32,614 bases of DNA from Selaginella moellendorffii (taxonomy: Eukaryota; Plantae; Lycopodiophyta). Positions 10,346 through 19,979 of the stretch are shown piece by piece (the first letter of the stretch is position 1; each line of letters begins with the position of its first letter). Location: NCBI RefSeq assembly GCF_000143415.4, contig NW_003314490.1:1-32614 (forward strand). Reading direction: 5' to 3'. A model generated the notes under the pieces. It saw only the letters and a program-made list of their open reading frames with translations. It did no database searches and was not told the origin of the DNA. The translations under genes and the position numbers were made by a program.

Positions 10346-11487
10346 CCACGTTTGTGTGCGTGCATGTATCGGCGTCTAAGGCGTTGACACTCATGATCCC
10401 ACCACCCTGCAGCGACAGGCAACCGCATGGCTGTTCTTGGTCGACGGTGTTTGAAGATCTTTAGCGCTTCCTCCTTGATTAGTTTCAGCAGCAGGGCAGC
10501 GTGGTGTTCTAGCGGTATATGACAGGATTCATCCTCCCAACGTGTCTGGAGATCCGTTTGGAAGCGGAGAAGGAGGGGCTGACTCATCGAGTAAGAAAGA
10601 GGGCCGACCTCGGCAAGGGAGTTTAGTGAGCGCGTCAAGGTAACGAAGTTGACTACCACTTCGATGGGCCGGTGGTCGGACTTTGGGTTGAAGTCGTGGA
10701 AGAGCAGCTCACGGACTACCTGTGTGTTTTTGGCCGGGACAAGCACGTAGTCGATGATAGTCTTGCCCCGGTCTGGTCTGTCCGGGTCATCGTCTGTTAG
10801 CATCCAGGACTCATAGGTGTGTGCTGAGCTATGTGGGAATCTTTTGGTGCCGTTCAACACTATGAGATCTGCTGCAGATGCAAAGTCCAGGAAGCCCGGT
10901 CCTGTATCCGGTTGGAACGTGTCTCGTGCCCGGTCTCGGAGCCAGCATAGCGAGCGGGGGATGACTTCATCCATCGTTTCCTGGGGCAAACTCTCTGATT
11001 GCCTTCGTCCGATGCGAGAGTTGAAGTCTCCAACGATGAGAACTACTGCATTTTGACTCCATCGTTGGATTTCTTCGCCGATGGAGTCAAAGGGCTGCTC
11101 CTTTTGGCGTACGATGGTTGGCGGGAAGTAGGCCACTACAAGCAGGAGGTCACGTTGTCGGGGACTGCGAAACCTGATAGCCAGCCAATGGTTGTGTTCT
11201 CCCACTTTTTCTAGTGTGACATTCTGGGCAATCTCACGCTTAACATAGATGGCGATCCCTCCTTTGCCGAAGGAGTGGTGTTCTGCAATCCAGTTCCAGC
11301 AGGAGTGAAGCTGAAAGGCTGGGAATTCAGGTAGTCTGGCCCTTTGGTGTTCCTTTGTCTCGACGAGGCAAAGCGCATCGCAGGTGCCGAACTCGGAGAG
11401 CCCAATTCCATCATTCCAGGGGTATCCGCAGATATTCCAGAAGAGAATGCGGAGTCGGTCACGAGCTAATGGCCTGGGGGGGCGCAT
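10333..11487 (-). CDS. LINE ORF2 APE-type endonuclease, truncated before RT
   Basis: EEP motifs FWNICG, LVET, YFPP, VGDFN, IDYVL, SDHRPI; linker WWDHEC, then stops. Confidence 0.88.
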   Translation of the reverse strand: MRPPRPLARDRLRILFWNICGYPWNDGIGLSEFGTCDALCLVETKEHQRARLPEFPAFQLHSCWNWIAEHHSFGKGGIAIYVKREIAQNVTLEKVGEHNHWLAIRFRSPRQRDLLLVVAYFPPTIVRQKEQPFDSIGEEIQRWSQNAVVLIVGDFNSRIGRRQSESLPQETMDEVIPRSLCWLRDRARDTFQPDTGPGFLDFASAADLIVLNGTKRFPHSSAHTYESWMLTDDDPDRPDRGKTIIDYVLVPAKNTQVVRELLFHDFNPKSDHRPIEVVVNFVTLTRSLNSLAEVGPLSYSMSQPLLLRFQTDLQTRWEDESCHIPLEHHAALLLKLIKEEALKIFKHRRPRTAMRLPVAAGWWDHECQRLRRRYMHAHKRGGNT

Positions 11488-11730
11488 GGGGCTGGTGATC
11501 CCAGCAGCTTAGGTTTGCCTACCTTGCATTCTTCGATTAGGGTGGGTTCAGCAAGTCGCTCATACTGCATAATCCTGAGTTTAGTACGTTAGTCATCTTT
11601 GTGATCTATATCAGCGGTATATTCCTGTGGATAGCTAATTACCAACAGTTAAAAGCCGGCTGTTAAGTCTAGCATTATCCTTAATATATTAACGGTTTGC
11701 CTTGCAAAATCCGTTTAGGGGCCGGTCAAC

Positions 11731-13356
11731 TTAGTCTTCGTTCGCTGAGGGCGGGAAGTCTCTGTTGGGGAGGACAATCTGCAGTGATTGTGTGTGCTGC
11801 GATCCGAATGCCTCGCCCCATGGGTGTCGGTAAGTGGTACGTGGGGTGTTGTGAGGCTTCTGCGGATTGTCTGCGGCCATGCCTTTGTTGAGGAAGTCCA
11901 GGTTTAGGCGCAGGGCGTCATACCGACTTGGGGCCAATGATTTGGGAGGTGCCATGGCAGGGGGAGACTCAGCAAGGCGGGTTGTGTGCGGCAGTTGGCT
12001 CAGCTCAGGGTCACTGTCCTTGCTTGAGTCTTCCGTAGACGGGTAGTCTGGGTCGTCTCTGTCCCTACCTTGCAGAGAGGCCTCCTTAGCATGGCTTTGA
12101 TGTTTTCTCCGGCGTCTGCTAGCTTCATCTTTTGTCCACTGTTTGAAGCAGGTCTGGAGGTACTGGGCGAGTTCAGCCTGCTGGGGGTGGGTATTTTCCT
12201 TGTTGTCCATGGGGATGGTCGCATGCTCACTTTGTCGATGCAAGCCGGGGGGTTGTCGGGTGCTGTCATGGCCCAAGAAGCGCCAGCCAGATACAAAATC
12301 AGGCGTGAGGTCTCCCCAGGTGGTTGGGATGTTGAGGTAGTGGAGGCGGACTTTGTGACCTTGTGGATCATGCAGATGGGTCGGGAGCGCAGTGGCGATT
12401 GAGATCTCTACTGTAAATCGGTCTTCCTCCTTATTGAAGTCCACTAGCTCACCAAGGGGTGCAAAGAAACGGAGCAGGTCTGTCCCTGGTGTAGGTTGTC
12501 CGGGGTCAAGGCGGATATGTAGCGGAAAGCAGCGTCCCAGAGGTCCTGACTCCGGTTCCCATTGCTGGACATATGCGTAGCTCCCTTGGTATGAGAACAC
12601 GCCCTCGCCTAGGACGCGTCGCATCTCCCGGAATTTGAGGAAGTTGACGGTAAAGAGATGACGACGGGGGCCCGGTTGGACTTGGAAGTGGACGCAGCCG
12701 TAGGTGGTATGAAGATGTTCTGTGAACCACCGGATGACGTCTTGTTTGTCTAGGATCGGATCATCGAGCGCAAGGAGGAGTGTGTGGATCTTGTGGTCGG
12801 ATCGGGCATCAAGGTGGCCATATTGGGGTCGTGACTCTTTCACGGGCAGCTCCTGGGCAGTACTTGGCTTGATATTCTCCCCTGTTGTCTTGGGCGGCAG
12901 CTCTGTAGCCTGCGGAGTCTCCACGGCCTTGGTAACAGGTTTCTCCTGTGTGAGCTCTGCCGTCTTCACTGCCCGCTGTGGACCCTGGGCCTTCTTGGTG
13001 CCCTTGGTATGCCCTCGCTTCCCTGTTCGTCGAGCAGGGGAGTGAGATTGATGCATGTGCTCTCGTTTCCGACGGTTTGTTCGGAAGTGGTCACGACCGC
13101 GTGAGGTACGCCCACGATCTGGCGAGGAAGGTCTGCGTGGCCCCTGCTGATCATACCGGTTCTGGGCAGACCCACGATAGTCGATATCCCGGTCGCGGTA
13201 CTCTCTCCTGTCTCGTGGTGAGTGGCGGTCATGATATCTGGGATGACTTCCGGAATCATGGGGGAGGGGTGAGTAGTAATCCGGTGATGGCGCAGCCTGC
13301 GGGGGAGGGGCTTGGTGGATAACGTAAACGGGGGCTGGATTGACAGGGGCTGGAGT
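11731..13356 (-). CDS. LINE ORF1-like protein (DUF4283-like region, low-complexity N-terminus)
   Basis: Upstream of the APE ORF on the same strand; LFTVNF..RRVLGEGVFSYQGSYAYVQQWEP..LHIRL..PLGELV resembles plant L1 ORF1. Confidence 0.6.
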   Translation of the reverse strand, partial: TPAPVNPAPVYVIHQAPPPQAAPSPDYYSPLPHDSGSHPRYHDRHSPRDRREYRDRDIDYRGSAQNRYDQQGPRRPSSPDRGRTSRGRDHFRTNRRKREHMHQSHSPARRTGKRGHTKGTKKAQGPQRAVKTAELTQEKPVTKAVETPQATELPPKTTGENIKPSTAQELPVKESRPQYGHLDARSDHKIHTLLLALDDPILDKQDVIRWFTEHLHTTYGCVHFQVQPGPRRHLFTVNFLKFREMRRVLGEGVFSYQGSYAYVQQWEPESGPLGRCFPLHIRLDPGQPTPGTDLLRFFAPLGELVDFNKEEDRFTVEISIATALPTHLHDPQGHKVRLHYLNIPTTWGDLTPDFVSGWRFLGHDSTRQPPGLHRQSEHATIPMDNKENTHPQQAELAQYLQTCFKQWTKDEASRRRRKHQSHAKEASLQGRDRDDPDYPSTEDSSKDSDPELSQLPHTTRLAESPPAMAPPKSLAPSRYDALRLNLDFLNKGMAADNPQKPHNTPRTTYRHPWGEAFGSQHTQSLQIVLPNRDFPPSANED

Positions 13357-13589
13357 CCCTTGGCAATTTGGTAAGTCGTAAAGCCTGAGTACCAGACTGC
13401 CATCATATTCAACACGATATCCATCCGTGTAACCAGCAAGAAGGTTGACACAAGAGGTACCGATGCCGCTAATCAGGTTGCACAATTACCACCTCGGTAT
13501 TGAAGAAAAGCGCTGGAGGCATCCACCTTGGTTGAGAATTGAAAGACCAGAAAACACAGTAGCAGCATGAGGCTCCTGCCATATTGAAC
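13357..13589 (-). pseudogene. MiAMP1-like secreted antimicrobial peptide remnant
   Basis: Signal-like MLLLCFLVFQFSTKVDA then SSAFLQYRGGNC; after a frameshift ..SCVNL..GYRVEYDGSLVLRLYDLPNCQG, resembling MiAMP1 GGYDFSYTGQTAALYNQAGCSG. Confidence 0.5.
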
Positions 13590-13976
13590 CTGTTGAATTA
13601 AAATGTTATTCAATGAATCAGAAGCTATATATGTAGAGTGCATAGCAAATTACCTTGCTTGCTTGATATTTGTTGTGAGTCTGCAGATATCATTTTATAC
13701 CTCGAGAAGTAAAGTTACTCACGTTTCTTAGAAATTGCTTTCAATCTCAAATTACAATTTGAACACTACTTCTAATAGACCAACTTCTTGTTGACCCAAA
13801 ATGATATATCACATCCCTGCATTGAAATCCTTGCAGAATGGAGCTGGCTGTTTTCAAACACAATTGTTGAATAAAAATCATTCGTCAAAAATCTTTTGCT
13901 GTTTAGGGCCTCACATGTTGCATTTGGGGCAAAGTTTGCAGTCAAACCAAAAGTTCTCAAAGCCCAAACAATGACG

Positions 13977-14502
13977 GAGGGGTGATGAACGAGCTGTTCC
14001 CTCACTTACGACCTCCAGATAATGTTTTTGATACTAAGAACACCAAGGCAGGGACTGGCGTCGGTGACTGTTCCGATCAGTGCTAGACAGTGGCTGCTTC
14101 AGGCGATCCGGCTAAAAGACGATGAAATCCGCAAAAAGTTTGCGCATGTTTTTAAATTTTTTTTTTCTCATCTGAAGGCGTGAATATGGAATCAAATCCT
14201 CAGTGCTGAGCCACTCAAGAATGCGGACGAGAACACTATCCCTCGAGTTCGGATGATCTGAGCAACAGAGCAGAATGCGTTAATCCCGAGTCAAATAGTG
14301 CTGCTTCGAGATTACAACCTGAAGCTCCTTGTCCAAGGAAATTTCTGCAGTCAAGTGAAAGATGCAGCAACACCAGATGAGAGAGTGTTTATTCCCATGG
14401 AGGACTTTGTCCAAGTACGCATTGTCAATGAGCTGCAGTAACAATTTGATGTATGTGCCGTAACTCTTAGGCAAACCAAAGTGCAATTGTGCAAGTTCAC
14501 AT
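13977..14502 (+). pseudogene. Deletion-riddled partial copy of 20381-21178
   Basis: Collinear blocks, e.g. gtgactgttccgatcagtgcta, atggaatcaaatcctca, ctgagccactcaagaatgcggacgagaacact; intron sequence retained. Confidence 0.9.
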
Positions 14503-15170
14503 ACGATGCGATAGGGTTAACTAAGTTTAGCATCAAAAATCCTATAAATCTTTAGTTTATTTTGAGTTCCCTAAATTCATAATAAGTCCAACCTAAACAT
14601 TATAATCTTATGAAGAGACCGGTCTTAATCAGGATTAATACCAGCCTAACACATCAGCAAATGCCTTCCAGGCTGTCGGGAGTCTGTTAGCTGGCATGCC
14701 GATATGGCCTGGAAGACATTTATTGACGTATTAAGAGTCTGTTGATGTGTTGGGAATTCAGGGAGTCTGTTGGGAATTCAGTTGATGCCGGAGCAAACTC
14801 AGGTGCAAGAGAAATCCTCGTGACAATAGTTCTAATGATTCTGCAGACCGAGTCGGAGAATACAATGCTGATCTTGGAGATGGTGACAGTCATCGAGTCG
14901 GTGTTTTTAGTATGAAGAACAACATATTGTGAATTTAAATCTCGGTGATCTGGGGTGGCATTGTTCTTTTATTTTTGGAGGTGGACTTGATTATTCAATT
15001 TTGATGATTTAGGCTGTTAATTACCAATAGAATGTTTATAAATTATTATTATTTTTCTGAAATTGCACTTACATAATAATATTCTCTGGTTGAACCGCTG
15101 GATTAGAATATCCTACAATCCTACAAGGTTGGAATATGCTAGCCTAGCCCCTTAGGGTTTTTTCTTTGCG

Positions 15171-17110
15171 ATGGAGAGGTTGAGAAGGGGGGCTGGGTTG
15201 GAGTGCTTCCTCCATTTCTGCGTGGTTGAGGAGGATGAATTTGTGGCGCCAGATGCGGATGCAGTGAAGCAGCACCCTTCTTGCAGGTCCGTGGTTGTAA
15301 GGCCCGGCACGACTCTTCTTGATGCCTTGAAGAAGATACGCAATGTTGGTCGAGTGGACGCCCTTGATCCGGAAGCGGGCTGGATGCAACTGGAGCCCGA
15401 GCTGCTGAGTGGCTTGTGCTTAGCCGGTGACACCTTCTATCTGAAATGCATTCGCACTGCCTCAGGTATTCTTTCATTCTCCTGCTCCGTTGATCTGCTT
15501 TTATTTGAGTTATCATATTGCTGACAAATCTGTTTGCAGTGCCTGCAGCACCTCCTCCGGTTGTAGCACATGTTAGATCCGGTAAGCGTTGCATTTTGTA
15601 GGCGTCCGATGTGCTGTGTTTGATCCGTCGACCTTAGATACTTGTCGTTTTGCCGTTTGAGTTCTGATCTTGTTCTTTTTTCAGGAATGGAGTCTGAAGA
15701 TCCTACTTACAGCATAATCCAGCACTACCAGCTCAAGGAATTACCTCCACTACATCAGTTGGAGGAGTGGGTGGTTACAAAGCCAGACGGCCTCGTTTTT
15801 CCCATAGCCGACATTTTCTTCGAGGCGTTCAGAAGTGTGAATTCTGAGATTCGTCTTTTTGAACGGGAGCACGATGGACTTTCCTGCACTTTACTCAGTT
15901 TATTCCTGCGGCCATTCCTTATGCTTCCCCCGACTGGACACACGGAGGCCTCCTACATACACTTCTGGGAGTCCCTCATTTCCGACATCATTGGTCTTTT
16001 CTGCGTCAGGTCTGTGATTACTTTTGGGAGTCCCTCATCCTTGATCTTTTCTGCCTCAGGTCTGTGCTTACGGATCGGGACACCAACTTGGATTCCAACA
16101 CATCCGCCAAGCGACCGGACCGATTGATGTTTGTTGGCAACATCCCAGTGGGACGGGCCGAAGAGAAGAGGCCTGGTATTTCTGCTGCCATACCACTTCA
16201 AGAGCTCAGGGACAAGACAGAGTGGAGGTACGGAGGCGTTCCCTACCTGTTGGCTTATTCAGCAATTGGTGGTAGCGTTACGTTTGTGGCACTTCATTCA
16301 AGGGACCCGTCGACGCGGGAGGTCTTGACTAAACAGCTGGTAACCCTTGACCTGTTTCAACTACGCGATCGTATCCGGCTTCTCGTCGTCCTCTTCAACA
16401 TAGCCAGGTTGTTCCCCGTTTTAAGCAGGCTCTGCATTGAGTACGACGTCGAGGCAGATTATTTACCAGCAACAACATCCGGAGACAAAACCGTGCAGCT
16501 TCAGGCGAAGAATGTCGTCAAGACGTATAAGGATTATGATACGTATTGTACAGTCTTCAACATCTACGAGGCTATCAAGGATGTTCCTCGAGTTGAGATC
16601 TGTACAACCCAGAGAATCATTCAGGCTCGGAAGCGAAACAGGAGTTTGGACTACAGTTTAACTTTCGTACCCCGGGTGACGTTTCGTCAGAGAGCCAGGC
16701 CACTGAACAATTTGTTGCCGGCTCTTGTTCAAGTAGCAAAAACGCTGAACGAGCTTCACAATCGGGGCTGGGTTCATAGGGATGTCCACTGGAGAAATAT
16801 TGGCAAGTTTGGCGGTGACTGGTATCTGATCGACTTCGATGAAGCTGCTATGGTTCCATGCATGGAGCCGCATTTGCTTTGTGAAGATGCGCATGCACCT
16901 GAGATGAGAACTGGGGAACATGGCTATCCAGTAGATGTGTGGAGTATTGGCCATCTGATTGCAACCAGCAAGGTGCGATGTGATGGTGGGTTGCTACAGT
17001 TGCAGGACGAATGTTTGAGTGAGGATCCCTCTTCAAGGCCTACCATGCGACAGGTTCTTTACAGGCTTCAGGAGCTGCCTGCCCTTCTCGCGCTCATGGG
17101 CAAGGTGTGA
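15171..17110 (+). CDS. Crinkler (CR)-type protein: N-terminal header + PD-(D/E)xK REase + protein kinase
   Basis: Exons 15171-15465, 15540-15581, 15685-16009, 16060-17110 splice in frame (GT-AG); TEASYIHFW..KRPD..GRAEEK (REase); HRDVHWRNI, LIDFD, APE, DVWSIG, RPT (kinase). Confidence 0.8.
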
Positions 17111-18485
17111 TCAACGATGGCTTGCTGAAAGAGCTGAAGTCTGTGAATCTTAATCTGTGATAAAAGCTCAGACAATGTGACATCTTCTTCATCTGCTTCT
17201 TGTGATCAGGTCCTTGTAAAACTGATACGAGCAAGCGAAAGATTCGTTTGTGCTGCCTCCCTATATCTGCGTGATAATGCCCACAAACTTGCCTGCGACT
17301 CGGTAGAAGTGGCTTTAGTGTGCTTCGACGCTGATTGATTTTTATTTTAAGTGGTCGATACCACCTTACTGTTGGTGGTTATATATATATATATATATAT
17401 TCGACTCTTTTTATATATGTTTTTTAAGTGCAGCCAAGTAAAAGAGAGGATGATGTTGGTTGGAACAAGATCTTGCAGGCAGTTTGCAAGAACCGAAGGG
17501 TTGAAGCAACGATTTTGTTTAAGATGGTGCCGGTACGAAGTCTTGCAGTATCGAATCGGAATCTGCAGAACGCAAATCTTTACTTTCGACCGCATGCTTA
17601 AGTGGGATGATCGTTCGTGGAACGGTGCTCTTATGGTGTTTTCTTACAGCGATGAGATCGGTCACACATTGTTTCTAGTGTTTCAGAAGTGCCAGATTGT
17701 GACGCAGTGTCTTGGAACATCATGTTTCAAGCTTAAGAGTTGATGGGGCGTAACTTGGAAATTTGTTAGCTGCTTGCAAGAATCAGAACGATGTTGCTCG
17801 GGCTTTCCATGTTGCGAGCAAGAATGGGGAGTGCATCCACCACACTGGAAATGGCTTGTTAATCATTTTAGTAGCATTGCAAATCAAAAGTCAATTGTGC
17901 TCGTTATTTAAACACTCACTTTTCAAGAATCAAGATGAATTAACTAGCTTCGTAATGGTTATTAATTAGACTAACACTGACGTCAGCTTCAACTTCATTA
18001 ACTCAATTCAATAAACAAATTGTATAACAAAATAAATTAGGAAAGCTTGAAGACCTCTACTCAAACCTTAGCATTCAGATCCCGGCCAGCCACATGTAAA
18101 AATGCCACGTGTACATACAACACGTGGCATGTACGACCCTTACAAATAACTTAAAACCCTATCATTTGACTTAATTTACGTTTTATTAACTAAATTTCAT
18201 TCAACGAACTCGGAGAGAAGCCACAGACAAGCAAGAAGTGATCATCGCTATCTGCAGTTTCATCCCTTGCAATGTATACGTTGTAGTGATTTTGCTCCTT
18301 TTCCCTAGGTTTTTCCTTTCTTGTAGCTGCGAAGGGAGCGCGTTCCTTGCTTCTGACTTATCCGTCTTCCCAGAGTATATATAACCGGTATGCATTTTCT
18401 GGAAAGCTAGGTTTTGTTTGTGATCAGTACTTGATCATGGTTCCTCTTGTTGCTCAGTCGGGCGATGGTCGGGAATCATAGTGAG

Positions 18486-19124
18486 CATAGTTGCACGCAG
18501 ACTCGTCCACGCTGTTTTGCGGATGTCTGCGGACGCGTCCGCGAAACGCGTCCGCAGACGCGTCTGCCCGTTCACGGATTAAAAAAATTAAAAAAAAACC
18601 CTCTGTAACCCTATTCCTCGTTTGACAACAGAGATCAGGTGGGTGTTGGAGTGGGTATTGTAGAGATGGCCGATGCAGAGTGGGAGCATGTGGTAGTGAT
18701 TGGCATTGACCCAACCACTAGGATCAAAAAATGGCAATGTAAGTATTGTTCTGGTACATTTCAAGGAGCAGCCAAGAGGTTGAAGGAGTTAGAAGCAATG
18801 AGGCCGTTCTCTTCTAACACTGTGGATGATGAAGAACCCATGGATGCCAATGAAGAAATGGAAGAAGAAATTGAGGACAACGAGGAAGACAAGGAGGTTT
18901 TTGAGAACATGAGGAGTTTGACAACATTTTATTAATGTTTTAATGTGTTCTGTTCCTGTGTTTTTTTTATTGTCTCAGAATGTTTTTTCGGAAATTTTTA
19001 AAAAAATAAAAAAAATTAAAAATAGGGTAAAACACGCAAACTCGTCCGCGGCATTTTGCGGACGTCTGCGGACGCGTTTGCGATGTCCGCGTCCGCAGCC
19101 GTCTGCAGACAAGGTGCAACTATG
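18486..19124 (+). mobile_element. Non-autonomous (internally deleted) hAT transposon
   Basis: TIR CATAGTTGCAC/GTGCAACTATG; 8-bp TSD ATAGTGAG (18478-85, 19125-32); GCGGACGCGTCCGC subterminal motifs; BED-finger remnant WEH..WQCKYC in ORF 18639-18935. Confidence 0.93.
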
Positions 19125-19979
19125 ATAGTGAGGGAGGAGAAATGGTTTCCGTCTTTTAAAAGCTATATGGAATCCAAGAAACGAGCGGCGTGTTTGAATC
19201 AAAGCCGGGTTTTGAGCACTTCAATCTTCCACGGTGTGGTATAGGCCATGGGATCGGGATCATTCGACCTCGACGATCAGCCCACCCAGGTTCAAGAGGC
19301 TGAAACGGTGAAACCCATGCATCGGCAGGAATTGTGGTGGAAGTAAGAGGCGATCACTTTGAGGGAACCCAAGATCAGATGAATAAGAATCTAGGCGAAG
19401 AGCAGCGGGCGATGATGAATCCAGTGGGGCTTTGAAGACGACTGAACAGTTGTCTTCGAGGATGGCCAACAGCGTTGTTGATCGTCAAGGATAAGGGTCG
19501 AACATTGACAGCGATCCATCTGCTGCTGTTTCGAGTGAATTAGCGGCAGCAACAGTAGCGGATCCTCGCAATCATATCATATAATTCTGTGGCTGCAAAA
19601 CGCGATTTGAGGATTTCAAAGTTGCCCAGCCAAGGTTCCGGACATGCAAAACAAGGATCATTCATGGTGGGAAGCTCAGACATCCCCGCAAAATTCAACA
19701 CTCAGTCAGCTGATCTTTTTTTCTTTTCCTTTTTCTGTTTTTAATACTATTAAATCACCATATGACCGTTGATAACGGTTTTTGAGGTCTTCAGCCGACA
19801 AGGGGGTGTAGTTCGTTAGGGCATTGTATCCCCTTAAACCCTAAAATGCTGCTGGACAGGTTCCCGCGCACAAGGGCGGCAATCAGTCATCATCAAACCG
19901 CGGACCAAAGCTCAAGCGCTGTAGCGAGGAAGCTAGGCTGGCCAATCGATCGCCTTCTCCTTCCAGGCGAGCTGCTGAG

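Noticed and set aside
17351-18400. Short ORFs between the kinase gene and the hAT
   Set aside because: Include a (TA)n tract and decayed fragments; no supportable product.
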